The notes beneath the pieces were generated by a model. That model saw only the letters and a list, made by a program, of their open reading frames with translations, searched no databases and was not told the origin of the DNA. Source: the human T2T-CHM13v2.0 reference genome, Homo sapiens. From it: DNA of 64,000 nucleotides. Made by a program: the position numbers and the translations under genes. This document shows positions 45,700 through 61,700 of the stretch, in pieces. Location: the NCBI RefSeq assembly GCF_009914755.1, contig NC_060932.1; one strand, written 5' to 3'. Each line of letters begins with the position of its first letter. Within the stretch, counting starts at the first letter, position 1.

Positions 45700-46118
45700 G
45701 TTTTATTTCTTTCTTCTTTTCTTTTCTCTCTTTCTTTTTTCTCCCCTCCTCTCCCTCTCCCCACCCTTCCCCTCCCCTCTGTTTCCCTCCCCTCTCCTCC
45801 GCTTTCTCTCCTTTTTTCTTTCTCCTTTTTTCTTTACCTTCGAGGCTCCCTGTCACCCAGGCTGGAGTGCAGTGGCACAATCATACTTCACTGTAACCTT
45901 GAACTCCTGGGGTCAAGCGATCCTTCTGTCTCAGGCTCTTAAGTAGCTAGGACTACAGGCGCATGTCTCCATCCCTGGCTCATTTTAAATTGTTTTTTTG
46001 TAGAGACGGAGTCTCACTGTGCAGCCCAGGCTGATACTGAACCTCCTAGCTTCAAGTAATTCTCTTGTCTAGGCCTCCCAAAGTGCTGGGATTCCTGGCA
46101 TGAGCCACCATGCCTGCC
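45700..46118 (-). mobile_element. AluJ-like element with a long CT-rich tail
   Basis: ~140-nt pyrimidine tract leading into an antisense Alu. Confidence 0.85.
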
Positions 46119-46277
46119 TGAGTTTTTTGTTAATACTATTGTAATGTTAAGATTTGCCATTTTGGGTTAGACCCATCATTCTTCCAAGTCCTAATCCTAG
46201 GGAATATGTATTAAACAGATATGGTCGACCTCATTAATTACTTCACAGAGGTTTCTCAAAATGTTCCAGATACTATA

Positions 46278-46579
<302 letters not shown>

Positions 46580-48416
46580 CCTCTATTTCTTTTCAAATCT
46601 TTCATGTATGTTTATTTTGAATGTATTTATATGTTGGGTTGGCTTTTTATAATTTTCCATTTTTTTTGTGTGAGATACATACGTTCTGGTGATTATGATG
46701 TTTATGAGATACAGATCCTATGGGTACGTAATTTATTTAACATTTCTCCTGTTTTTAGAAATTTACTTTGCAGTTTCTCAGAGCAGTGAAATTCTGTGCA
46801 TAGAACTTTGACCACATTTCCTGAGTAATTCCTTAGGAAAGATTTGTATAATTGCAAATATCTTTTTTTTTTTTTTAAGACCTGTGATCTGTATTGCCAG
46901 ATTGTTTCCAGAAAGATTTAACCAGGTTATACTCACATGAACATTAAGGGGAGTGCCTATGTCATACTCTTATTATCCTTAAATATGATCATATTTTAAA
47001 AATTGCCAACTTGTTGAACAACAAATGATATGTAATTTAATTGCCGTTTATTAGTGAAGTTAGATTTTTGAAAACACATTCACTGGTCATTTGTTCTTTG
47101 TATTATCAGTTCAGGTTCTTTATCCATTTTTCTACTGAGTATTAATCTTACTCATTTTAAGGAGCTTTTAAAAAGATACTTATGACAGATTCTTTGTTAT
47201 TGGTTTTGCTGACTGCTTATTACCAGTGCTATTGGTGCAATACAAGATTTAAAAGAATGTGACAGAGGAATTTCAAATTAAGGAAACCTTAGCAGACATG
47301 CATACTCCTTTCCTGCTCACCTCCCACACTCATTCCCCGCTTTCTTACCTCTTCATTGTTTATTCAGTGTATGATTATTAGGTCAGTTTTTAAAAGCTTG
47401 TGCTCATATTTGAAATATGGTATTTCACAGTCCCCCCATATAGTTTTCTCCCCCTTCACATACATTTTTTTATGTGCTTTGCACCCTAAAAATACGATGA
47501 TTACCATTACTATTACTTCATCTTTCATAGACACTGAAATACATTAGTCAAAATAAACCTTCTAAGAGACTTGACTTTATGGCATAATTGGTTTTACTCC
47601 GTGTTTAGATAACAGCAGGAAACCATTACACTGAAGTTGTGTTTATATTCCACTGATGTCTCTTTCTTTAAGGAGAGCTTTGATTGCTGTATATCCTATT
47701 TGCTAGTAGTTAATCTTATTTCTTTGTTATAATGGTTTCATTTTATCAGTTGAATAAGTTTTATGTCATTTAAATCTTATCTACAATTTGGAAAACTTTT
47801 GTTATTTAAATCTTACTTAAAATTTGTCTGAAAAACTTTTTTCAACATATATTTCACTTGTTTTTCCATATTTGACAAAAATTTTTATTATTTACATACT
47901 TTCATAGTTGTAATACTAGTCTTTTCCCCAGTTAACATATGGTTTTAGGATGTATATGTATTCTTTATGGTTAATAAACCTGGAAAGAATGATTAGAGTT
48001 TCACTAAAATGACATAAAATTTTTATTATTCTTGGTTTTGACAGATTGTTCTGTTTTTTGAGGATAATACTGTTATTCTCTTAATGTTATAGAGTAGCTA
48101 TTTGGTTATATAACTAACTTTGTTTCTGGAATAGTAATCTGGAAATCTAGTGTGATTATACCTTCTCACTATTAATTCCATTTGTATGTACATCATTTGG
48201 TTTAATATCGTTTCTATCTAACGTGTATTGATCATCATAGCAAAATTTACTTAATTCCTAAGATCTTAGAGTAAGTATTGTTTTGATTTAAGTATTAAAA
48301 TGTTTGGAGCATTTCTTTTATGTTATGCCATTTAAAGACTTTAAAACATTTCTTTATGTAAAAAATACTCTTTTTAAACATGCGTTTGTTGGTGTTATGT
48401 CTTTTTCAAAATGCAG

Positions 48417-48591
48417 ATTCATACTTTAGTGGAAAGTTTGAAACTTTCTATCACAGATCAACAACTGCCTATGTTTATTCGTATAATGCAACTTGGAATT
48501 GCTCTTTACTATGGAGAAATAGGCAATTTTAAAGAAGGCGAAATAGAGGACCTTACTTGTCATAATAAAGATATGCTAGGAAACATTACAG
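48417..48591 (+). CDS. VPS13B: VPS13B coding exon (exon 7), 175 nt, phase 0 to 1
   Basis: atgcag|ATT...ACAG|gtaatg; IHTLVESLKLSITDQQLPMFIRIMQLGIALYYGEIGNFKEGEIEDLTCHNKDMLGNIT. Confidence 0.97.
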
Positions 48592-48741
48592 GTAATGTAA
48601 AACTTTATTAAACAAAAACTTTATTTTAAGACTATTCTTACGTTTTACCATTGGGAAACTTTAAAAAATGTATTAGCTTGAGTTTTACAGTATTCTAATG
48701 AGATGGGCTGATTGTTTTTTGGTTGTTTTACACTATTTTAA

Positions 48742-49048
48742 TTTTTTTGTTTGTTTTGTTTTGAGATGGAGACTAGCTCTGTTGCCTGGGCTGGAGTGCT
48801 GTGGTGCAATCATGGCTCACTGCAACCTCTGCCTCTCAGGTTCAGGCAGTTCTCTTGCCTCAGCCTCCCAAGTAGCTGGGATTACAGACATGCATCACCA
48901 CGCCTGTGTAATTTTGTATTTTTTTTTTTTAGTAGAGATGGGTTTTCACCATGTTGGCCAGGCTGGTCTCAAACTCCTGACCTTGTGATCTGCCCGCCTC
49001 AGCCTCCCAAAGTGCTGGGATTACAGGCATGAGCCACTGTGCCCAGCC
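48742..49048 (-). mobile_element. Alu (AluS-like)
   Basis: TSD tacacta(t/c)tttaatttt. Confidence 0.9.
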
Positions 49049-49156
49049 TACACTACTTTAATTTTATCTACATGCTGGATAACATTCTGATTTTCTCCTA
49101 TATGCTAAAAATAACTTCTATATTTATAATAGATATAAGTGTTCAGAATGTACTAC

Positions 49157-49450
49157 TTATTTATTTATGAATGAGGGTTTTGCTCTGTCACCCAGGCTGG
49201 AGTGCAGTGGCATGATCATGGGTCACTGCAGCCGCGACCTCCCAGGCTCAGGTGATCCTTCTACCCCAGCCTTCCAAATAGTTAGGGCTACAGGTACATG
49301 CCACCATGCCTGGGTAATTTTTGCATTTTTTGTAGAGACAGGGTTTTGCTATGTTGCCCAGGCTGGTCTCAAACTCCTAGGCATAAGCTATCTGCCCGCC
49401 TCAGCATCACAAAGTGCTGGGATTACAGGCATGAGCCACCATGCCTGACC
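49157..49450 (-). mobile_element. Alu (AluJ-like)
   Basis: Antisense dimeric Alu. Confidence 0.88.
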
Positions 49451-49869
49451 CAGGATATACATTTGATAAAAGTTGAAGTAGTATACCTCAAGATTTCCTA
49501 GTAAATAATAGTATTGGTAATTTTTCTGCAAAAGTTCACTTAAGTTGAATTGAGTTATTTTAGTGCTGTTAATTAATGAAATGTATACTTCATTGAAGGA
49601 TATGTAATGTGGGAAAATACAGAAATCATTTTGATGTATTTCTTTCCCTTAGAATTTTAAGATAAAATGGGACAGATAGACATGTCAGTAGTTAGTTAAG
49701 TATGATGAATGGTAGAATGGCAGAAAGTTTGATAAATATCATGAATGATCTGATGTAGAAAGATGAAAGGATGACTGATTTCAACTTGGTATTGGGCCTG
49801 AGACTCAGAAAGTTTTCAGGTGATTAATTTCCATAGATAAAGCCCTAAGAGAAGGGCATTTAAAACTTA

Positions 49870-50690
49870 GGGGCAAATAACCCAATTAAAAATGGGCAAA
49901 GAGACATTTCTCCAAAGAAGGTAAACAAATAGCAAACAAGCAAATCAAAACCTCAGTGAGATACCACTTCACAGGTACTAGATGACTATAATAAAAAAAA
50001 ATACAAAATAACAGGTATTGGTGAGGATGTGGAGAAACTGGAACTCATATAAGTTGTTGGGAGTGTAAAATGGTATAGTTGCTTTGGAAAACAATATGGC
50101 AGTTCTTCAAAACGTTAAACATAGAGTTACCATGTTGACCCAGCAATTCCATTCCTACGTGTATATCAAGAGAACTGATAACATATGTCCATGTAAAAAC
50201 TTATATATGAAATGTTCATGGTAACATATTCATAGTAGCCAAAAACTGGACACAATTGAAATGTCTGTCAACTGATGAATGGATTATCAAATTATGGCAT
50301 ATTCATACATTGGAGTATTATTTAGCTGTACAAAAAAATGAAATACTGATATAGGCTACAGCATGGATGAACCTTGAAAGCATTATCTTAAGTGAAAGCA
50401 GCCAGTCAAAAGATAATACATATGATATGATTCCATTAGAAATGTTCATAATAGGCAGTTCTGTAGAGGCAGGAAGTAGATTAGTAACCAGGAGTTGCGG
50501 GGAGGAGAGAATGACTGCAAATAAATAGGTTTCTTTTTGGAATGATGAAAATGTTCTAAAATTAGATAGTGGTGATAGGAGCAAAACTTGTGACTATTAA
50601 AAAAATCCCACTGAATTGTACACCTTTAAATGTTGAATTTTATGCTATTTAAACTTTATCTCATTAAAAAAATCTTACTACCTTAAAATA
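49870..50690 (+). mobile_element. L1MB-type 3' end
   Basis: aataacccaattaaaaatgggcaaa...gacccagcaattccattcct...gatgaaaatgttctaaaattagatagtggtgat. Confidence 0.8.
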
Positions 50691-50839
50691 AAGCATAGAG
50701 AACAACATTAATCAGAGTATGTAGATATAAAACATACCTTTATTTCACACTAGAGGGTAAATTTTTGTTAGACAATGCATTGCTGAGACAGAAACAGTGT
50801 CTTATACCTGGAACAAACATAACATGTAGAAGATACTTG

Positions 50840-51935
50840 ATTTATTTTTTTCCAACTTGACAAATTTCAAATATATGGAAAAGCTGTAAGAGTTATTATA
50901 AGGTGAACACTCACAGACTTATCATCTGGAGTCTTCTATTGATATTCTGTTACAATTGCTTCATCACATATTGGTTCATCTAACATCCCTTTCCCTATTT
51001 ATCAATACAATTGTTTTTGATGCCTTTCAAATTAAGTTACATACATTGCTACACTTCACCCCTAACCCTCAGCTGCCTGTTGTTATCTAGAGTTTCTACT
51101 AAGTGGTGGGTCTTTTTATTTTTTTTGGAGGTTAAATCTCCAAAGTAAAATTCAATGAGTTTGAGAAATACATACACCTGTGTGATGCAAAACACTCATC
51201 AAGATATAGGTCATTAACATCTGAGATAGTTTCTTATGCCCCTTTCTAGTCATTCCCCTTTCACCTGCCTGCCTCCCCGCGAGAAAACACTGTTCTGAAG
51301 TTCCTTAAAACTGTAGATTTAGTTTTGCTGATTCTAGAATTTCATATAAATGGAAACACTCAATATGTATAAAAGGCTTCTTTCATTAAGCATAGTGTGT
51401 TTGGTATTTATCTATGTTGTTGCATGTAGCAGTCGTTCTTTCCTTTTCATTGCTACATACACTGTATGAATATACCATGTGAATATACTATAGTTTATTT
51501 TACCATTCACTGTTTGATGGACACTTGGGCTGTTTTTCGTTTTTGGCTATTATAAATAAAGCTTTCATAGATATTTTTGTACAAATTTCACGTAGACATG
51601 TGCTATTCTTTCTCTTGGGTAAATACTTAAGAGTGGAATTATATGTTTAGTTTTCAAAGAAACTTCCATAACTTTTTTCAATGTGGTTGTACCATTTTAT
51701 ATTCCTATCAACAATGTGTGAGAGTTGCAGTTGGCCTACATCCTTGCTAACATTCAATGGTGTATTTTTTCACTTTTTTGCCATTGGGATGAGTGTGTTG
51801 TGGTATCTCATGGTTTTTTAATTTGCATTTTTTGATGGCTAATTATTTTGAATTTTTAATGTGATTATCGGCCTTTATCTGCCTTTGTGAAGTATGTGTT
51901 AAATATTTGTCCATTTAAAGCTTTTTTGTGTCTTT
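50840..51935 (-). mobile_element. Old L1M (L1MC/L1ME-type) 3' region
   Basis: gatggacacttgggctgttt...ggctattataaataaagct...gtggttgtaccattttatattcc. Confidence 0.65.
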
Positions 51936-51941
51936 TAAAAA

Positions 51942-52273
51942 TTTTATTTTACTTTATGTATTTATTATTTATTTATTGACATAGTCTCACTCTGTTGCCT
52001 AGGCTGGAGTATGATGGCATGATCATAGCTCACTGCAGCCTTGAACTCCTGGGCTCAAGCAATCCTCCAGCCTCAGCCTCCCGAGTGGCTGGGTGGGACT
52101 ACAGGTGCACGACACTGAGTGTGGCTGATAAATTTTGTTTTGTTTTGTTTTTGGTTGAGGTGGGGGTCTCACTTTGTTGCAGTAGGCTGTTCTTGAACTC
52201 CTGGCTTCATGTGATTCTCCCATCTCGGGCTCCCAAAGTGCTGGGATTATAGGAATGAGCCAGTGGGCCCAAC
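51942..52273 (-). mobile_element. Alu (AluJ-like)
   Basis: Diverged antisense Alu. Confidence 0.85.
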
Positions 52274-52588
52274 AGGGTTTGCACCTTATATAAAACTTAT
52301 TCTGAACTACAATGGCTTAAGTGTCTTGGTACTGTTATTTTAGTTACTCTAGTTAATTCTTATTAAGCCTTTTCCTTCTCAGGTGAAAGAAGGTAAACAT
52401 TCATAACCTATAAATGTAGAATGTTCCAAGAGTCTCCTGTCATAAGAGTTTAAAAAGTTATAAAGCTTTTTGAGTAAGAAAACCTGTAAGGATGTTATTT
52501 AAAGATTTAAAGGAGTATGTGTATTTATAGATTTATCAATGGAGAGTAGATATGAGTGAATATGCTGGAGACTAATTTTTCCATGGTG

Positions 52589-53072
<484 letters not shown>

Positions 53073-53893
53073 TGAAATTTTTAAAAAGTAATTTTTTTTT
53101 CTAAATTTCATGATGCCTCTTTTGTTTATATTGCTATAATTATATTAAAGGACTTTGATGGAGTTTGTCTTTACAAAGGTGGCATAAATTAAAGAGTAGT
53201 TGGAATCTAAATCTTTGGTCTGCCAGTTTGTAACCAAATAAAATTTCTTGGCTATAATTTTTTCAGCTGTACAACAGGAAAGGTATAACATATCTTACTT
53301 GCTAGTAAGAAAGAGGCCCCAACATTATTATTTTTCTTAACTACATATAAAAGTTGTTTTATTCTAATATTTGCTTTCATTTTTGGGATAATTCTTGTTT
53401 GGGCAGGGGAGCATTTTGCCTAGAAGCACTTGCCATTTTTTTTTTCCTCCATGGGTGCTGATCAGGAAATGAAGAATGTTTCTTGGGTCTTTGTGGTATT
53501 ATGTTTCTGAGAAAAGTCAGTTTTTCAATATATCAGCCTTATTTTTGAGAGGTAGGTTTTTTGTTGTTGGTTTAAAACATTCATGAGCGATGTTAAAGAA
53601 TTAATTTATTATTTGTCTTTATCAAATACAGTTAAAAGTTATGTGCAGTTGATAAACTACTTTCCACATCACATTAACCATAACCTACTAAAGGAGAAAG
53701 ATACGGTACAACATACAGAAAGTTGAGAGTCATAATGCTAAATTATTGGTTTCAAATAGTAATAATCACTGTATCATTTGTTTATACCTTATATTAGAAG
53801 GATATGGGAGGAAAAATTTTAAAGGATGTCTATTTCTATTCTCTTAGTTAAATCCTTTTGACTTATTTAAAATGACTTAATTTTAATTGATAG

Positions 53894-54162
53894 GTTCTGA
53901 AGATGAAACAAGAATAGATATGCAATATCCTGCTCAGCATAAAGGTCAAGAGTTATATTCACAGCAAGATGAGGAGCAGCCACAGGGATGGGTGTCATGG
54001 GCCTGGTCCTTTGTGCCTGCAATTGTGAGTTATGACGATGGCGAGGAAGACTTTGTTGGGAACGATCCTGCATCAACCATGCATCAACAAAAAGCACAGA
54101 CTTTGAAGGATCCTATTGTTTCTATAGGATTTTATTGCACAAAGGCAACGGTGACTTTCAAA
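53894..54162 (+). CDS. VPS13B: VPS13B coding exon (exon 8), 269 nt, phase 1 to 0
   Basis: gatag|GT...AAA|gtaggt; (G)SEDETRIDMQYPAQ...QGWVSWAWSFVPAIVSYDD...FYCTKATVTFK, including the Trp-rich GWxSWxW motif seen in VPS13 proteins. Confidence 0.97.
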
Positions 54163-54204
54163 GTAGGTCTTTTCTCTTGCTGTTTATATCTCTATCAACT
54201 TTAA
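54163..54204 (+). CDS. VPS13B: Read-through extension of exon 8 (alternative terminal exon 8b) of a short VPS13B isoform
   Basis: Frame continues past the donor as VGLFSCCLYLYQL-TAA; 402+13=415 aa matches a recalled annotated short isoform; ATTAAA at 54454-54459. Confidence 0.75.
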   Translation, partial: VGLFSCCLYLYQL

Positions 54205-54548
54205 TGCTTAAATTTGGATTGTTAGTACAATTCTAGCTTTATTCAAGTTTGCTTTGCATTCAGTAGATGTGAGATAGAGTCTAACAGTTCTTACTTCATA
54301 AAATTACATGGCTCCTCCACTTGAAATCTTTGAATTCTGATCCCTTCCTGTCTTCTTAGGGCATTCTCCACATTTCTTTTTTATTAGCTTCATGGATAGT
54401 TTTTTGCCCTATTGAATCATTCAGTTGGTGTACAAACATGCCTTAATATTGTCATTAAAAAAGAAAGGAACAGCAAAAATTTTCCCGTGAATTCTTTTAC
54501 CTGTCAGGTACGGTTTCCTTTCTGTGCTCTCCTTCGTAACAATCATAA

Positions 54549-54875
<327 letters not shown>

Positions 54876-55528
54876 TCATAACAAATTTTTTTTTAAAGGA
54901 TTGTTTACATATAATTATCTCTTTCCTCATCTCTTTCGCTTTTCAAGACAAAATTGTTAACTAGGTCCTCTTCTAGCTATTTTTCCAGCAGTATTTAACA
55001 TAACTTGACGACTTCCTCCATTAACATAATGCATGTAAAATACCTGTTCTTATCTATACAAAAATATATATGATATATACAAATATGTGTATGTCTAGGT
55101 TAAAGAATAATAAAGTAAATACCCCTTTACTTGAAGAAATATAAAATTATGCCAGGCATGGTGGCTCACATCTGTAATCCCAGTACCCCTGCACTTCAGC
55201 CAAAATAAATATAAAATTCCTAGTAGCTTTGATCCCCCATGTGTTCTTCTTTGATCATATTTTACCTTCTCTTCCTCTCACATATAACCCAAACTTAATT
55301 TTTGAGTTATTTGTTTCCTGGACTTTTATAATGCTATTACCATACATGTAATATTCCTGAATAATATCTTAATTCATTCAACAAATATTTTCAATGCCAG
55401 CTGTGTCTAAGCATTGTTTTGTCTCCAGAGATACCAGAGTGAACAGATATAAATTCCTGCTTTTTCAAGCTTAAATTGATATTATAAACAAATAACATAT
55501 ATATTGTGTTCATTGAATATAAAGGTTA

Positions 55529-55942
<414 letters not shown>

Positions 55943-57320
55943 TCAGGGAAGGCCTTATTATGAAGGGAATATTAAAGCAAAGACCTGTGAAAGAGGAAGC
56001 CTTATTGATATTTGAGAATGAACATTCCAGTAATAACAAATGTAAAGGCACCAGAGTTCAAGAAACAGCAAGGAAGCCAGTGGGGCAGTAGTGTCATGAG
56101 ATATCATGAATGAATGTGGTATGAAAGATAAGAGGGGTGATGAGGTTTGGAGTGGTTCACAAGTTGTAAACTGTGTAGATCATTTTTAGGACTTTGTCTT
56201 TTATTCTGAGTGAGATAAACAATATTTGGCCAGTTTTTAGAAGAATTATATGATCTGGGTTATATTTTAATCTGGATCACTGTGGCTGCTGTGTTGAAAG
56301 CAAAAGTAAGGAAAAGAAATAGATAGGAATGCAATTTTCAAGCAAGAGATGGTAATGACTTGGACTAGGGTGATAGCAAGTGGAGGTGATGAAAAGTGAT
56401 TGTGTTTTGGATGTGTTTTGAAGGTCAAATAGGCAGAATTTCCTGATAGATTTTATTATGAGACATGAATGAAAAAAAAAAGATGATCCAAGGATGGCTC
56501 TTAAACAACTAGAAGAGTTGAGCTGTGACATTTTGAGATGACTGGGATTGGGAGAAGACTAGATTTGAGATGAAGATGAGGAATTTAGTTTTGGATAGGT
56601 TTAAGATGCCTGCTGTATATTTAAGTAGAGTAACTTAGTGGAGAGTTGGATATATGGATCTAGAATTCAGATTAGAAGTTTGCCTAGGTGCATATATTTG
56701 ATAGTCATGATCATATTAAGACTGAAATTAGTGTAGAATAGAAAAAAGAGGTTCTAGAGCCAAGCTCTGAGGCACTGTGATGATAAGAAATTGGAAAGAT
56801 GAGGAAGAAATAGCAAGGGAAGCTGAGAATAAGTGATCAATATTGTAGGCAGAAAACCAAGAGACTGGAAGGTAAGTACCATAAAGGTTTTAAAGAGGAG
56901 GGAATAGATTATTTGTAAGAATGGATCCTTGGATTTGACAATGTGGAAATTACTGGTGATTTTGAGCAGAGCAGTGATATGACACTGTTAGAATCTTTGC
57001 TGGAGTTGATTAAAAGCAAATGGGAAGACTGGTAGAAATGTAAAATAGTGCGTCTGCTGTGGAATATAGTTTGGTGGTTCCACAAAAAATTAAACGTAGA
57101 ATTACCATATAATCTAGCTATTTTATTTCTAGGTATGTACTCAAAAGAATAAAAAACTGGTATTCAAACAAATTGGTGAACATAAATGTTCACAGTAGCA
57201 CTATTCAGTGATCTCCCAAAATGGAAACAATCCATATGTTCATCAGTGGATGAATGAATAAACAAATTGTGGTATATACATACAGTGGAATAATATTCAG
57301 CCATAAAAAAATGAAATTTT

Positions 57321-57639
<319 letters not shown>

Positions 57640-57727
57640 CTAAACATGAATGAACCTGGAAATCTCTATGCTGAATGAAATAAGCCAGACACAAAAGGAC
57701 AAATATTTTATGATTCCACTTAGATGA

Positions 57728-58274
57728 TGTTCTCTAGAGGGACAGAACTAATAGGCTATATGTATGTATGAAAGGGAGTTTATTAAGGAGAGTTGACTCA
57801 CACGATCACAAGGTAAAGTCCCATGATAGGCCGTCTGCAAGTTGAGGAGCAAGTAAGCCAGTGATGGATCAGTCGGAGTCCCAAAACCTCAAAAGCAGGG
57901 AAGCTGACGGTGCAGCTTTCAGTGTGGGCCAAAGGCCTGAGAGCCCCTGGCAAACCACAGGTGTAAGTCCCAAAGTCTAAAAGCTGAAGAACTTGGAGTC
58001 TGATGTTCAAGGGCAGGAAGCATCCAGCACAGGCGAAAGATGAAGGCCGGAAGACTCAGCAAGTCTAGTCCTTCCACATTCTTCTGCCTGCTTTATCCTA
58101 GCTGTGCTAGCAGCTGATTAGATGGTGCCCACCCAGATTGAGGATGGGTCTGCATCTCCCAGTTCACTGACTCAATTGTTAAACTCCTTCGGCAGCACCC
58201 TCATAGACACACCCAAGAACAATACTTTGCAGCCTTCAGTCCAATCAAGTTGACAGTCAGTATTAACCATCACA
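57728..58274 (-). mobile_element. MLT2A (HERV-L) solo LTR
   Basis: Minus strand begins tgtgatggttaatactgactgtcaacttgattgg; other end ttctctagagggacagaactaatagg; 5-bp TSD gatga. Confidence 0.88.
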
Positions 58275-59527
58275 GATGAGGTATTTAGAATATGCAAAAT
58301 CACAGAAACAGGAGTAGAATAGACATGCTAGAGGCTGTAGGATACAGGGGAGTTGAGTTAGTGCTTAATAGGTTCAGAGTTTCTGCCTAGTATGATGTAA
58401 AAGCTCTGCAAAAATATAGTGGGGATAATTATGTAATATTTTGTACTAAATGCCACTGAATTGTATATTGACAAGTGGTTAAAACTATAAATTATATTAT
58501 GTATATTTTATGCAAAAGGACAGATAAAAATGCAAATGGTAGTTGAGTAATTGTTGAAGAGTACAGAAAACTCTTTCAAGACAGTTTTGTTATAAAGAGC
58601 ACAGAAATGGGGAAATAGCTGGTTGGGGTTGTGGAGCTAAAGACTTTTTTTTTTTTAAAGATGCAGGTAATTATAGCATGTTTGTTTGGTGATATGAGTG
58701 ATCTAATAGAGAGGAAAAAATCGATATAGGCAAGAGGGGGAGAATTGGCTGGAGTAATATTCTTGAGTGGATAAGAGGGCTTGGCACCTCTTGTAGAGAT
58801 GGAAAGTCTGATGATCTCTAATGGGACAATAGGTCATTAATTCATGATAGCAGGAAAGAAAGCAATGTGATCTTGCACCCACATAAGTGGTTTGGTAGAA
58901 AAGGTGATAGCGGTTTTTGAAAGTTCTCTTTGGATTATTTTTTTCTTTAAATAGTTCTCTTAACTCAGAGTAAGCATGGGGAAGGAGGAGAAGCTTTGAG
59001 GAAAGGGAAGAAGGTATAAAATTGTCATCTTGGGGAGGATGAGGAGTAATGGCCTTTGAATATGTATGTTCACTAGGGACACTAAGGACCTACTACACAA
59101 AAGTGATCATGAATTTGAAGATATACCAGTCATTGTGGTTGTATGTATTTTTCTGGTCATATTCTGCTGCTTTAGTTAGGGTGATGGTGAAAATAATCTG
59201 GAGGACAAGATCAATGCAGAAGAGGTGGTCAAAAAACTGAGAAATCAGACTTTTGGAATGATCATCTCTCTGGATATTGAAATCACCAAGGATTATGACA
59301 GTGGTAGTGTGGGACTGAATCCAAAATTAAATCTTCAGACAACTAGTAGAATGATGTGGGATTGATTTATGAGTCTAAGAAAGAGGGATAATGGGTCTTA
59401 CAGTCTGTTCCATATATTTTGCTATATTTTGAACAATGCTGATGTAAATGTTCTGGTACAGATCTTCTGACATATATATGTGGAAGAGTTTCTTTGGGAT
59501 ATGCTTCTTTTTCTTTAAAAATGTTAT

Positions 59528-59846
<319 letters not shown>

Positions 59847-60327
59847 TTATATCTGGGTTACCAGGGACTTTTTTGTAGTCGTTTTTGGTGCTTCTCCTCT
59901 TCTGTATGACCTTTAAATGTTGGCATATAGGGCTTGGTCTTTGACCCTCTCTTCTTTTCTATCTACAAACTCCCAAGGTGATATAACTCCATCATGATAT
60001 AGATGCTGATAGACTACCAAATTTGTGTCTCCACTTTTCACTTTTCCCTGAGCTCTAGAATTCAACTGCCAATTTTATATTTCCACTTTCATATCTGATT
60101 GATACTTAACACATACAAACAGAACTCTTGATTTTTCTTTGCAGTTGTGCACCCCCACCCCCACTATTTTACCTTTCATTAAATTGCAACATTATCTACT
60201 AATTTGCTCAGGCTTAACATTTATCAGTATCTTTTCTTCTCCCACCACATCTAATCAGTCAGCATGTTCTGTCAGCTGTACCTCTAGGATGCAGTCATTT
60301 CTCATCAGCTTTATTGCAACTTATAGA

Positions 60328-60824
60328 CCAGTAGTTTTCAAACTTTTTGATCTCAAGGCTCCAGGAAACCTTTGCATTCTTAAAAATTATTGAGAACTCT
60401 GAGGAGTTTTGTTTATTCAGATTACATCTACTCATATTTATTGTATTAGAAGTTAAAACAAATCTTAAGAATATGTATATATTAATTTATTTTAAAATGA
60501 ATTTATTATATGTTGATGTGAATATCATTTTATAATAAAAGTAAAATTACTGTATTTTAAAAGGTAAGAAGGGACATGCATTGGTTTTATTTTTGTAAGT
60601 ATCTTGAATGTCTGGCTTAGTAGAAGATAGCTGAATTTTTGTGTCTGCTTCAGTATTCAGTCTGTTAGGACATGTTTTAATTAATGTATATGAAGAACAT
60701 CTAGCCTCACATAGATATTTATTTGGAAAGGAAGGGGTATTTTAATAGCCTTTTGAAAAATTATGGATATTCCTTTTGATATTACACTAAAGCTCATTAA
60801 GTGGTAATTTTAAAAGGTTTGTTG
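60328..60824. mobile_element. Charlie1-like hAT DNA transposon fragment
   Basis: cagtagttttcaaactttttgatctc...ttcttaaaaattattgag...tattagaagttaaaac. Confidence 0.7.
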
Positions 60825-61260
<436 letters not shown>

Positions 61261-61571
61261 TCAGTTTACAAAAATTTATGGACTCATTTTTCAGGTTTTG
61301 TTTCCTCTCCAATTTCATTTTTTGTGGGTTTATTATTTCATGTCTGCATTTTTGTAAAGGAGATAAACCCATGTGAAATGAGCTAAACTTTTGAAATAGT
61401 GGTATAGGTATTATTCCAGGCAACTTGTTACATTGTGGGGTTGCAGCAGTGGAAAAAAAAAAAGTTTCTGTTCCCATGGTTTTAAATTTAGCATAGATTT
61501 TCTTTGTATTAGTACTAAAGCTACACAATTTATAACTACAACAGATGGCAAGTTATAAAATACTTTAAGAT

Positions 61572-61700
61572 AGCTGGACTCAGTGGCTCACGCCTGTAAT
61601 CCCAGCACTTTGGGAGGCTGAGGCGGGCGGATCATGAGGTCAGGAGTTCAAGACCAGCCTGGCCAATATGGTGAAACCCTGTCTTTACTAAAAAAAAAAA
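61572..61700 (+). mobile_element. Alu left arm only
   Basis: Ends at the A-rich linker. Confidence 0.85.

Noticed and set aside
53867-54097. Antisense 76-aa ORF over exon 8
   Set aside because: Shadow of the coding exon, with no start context or recognisable homology.
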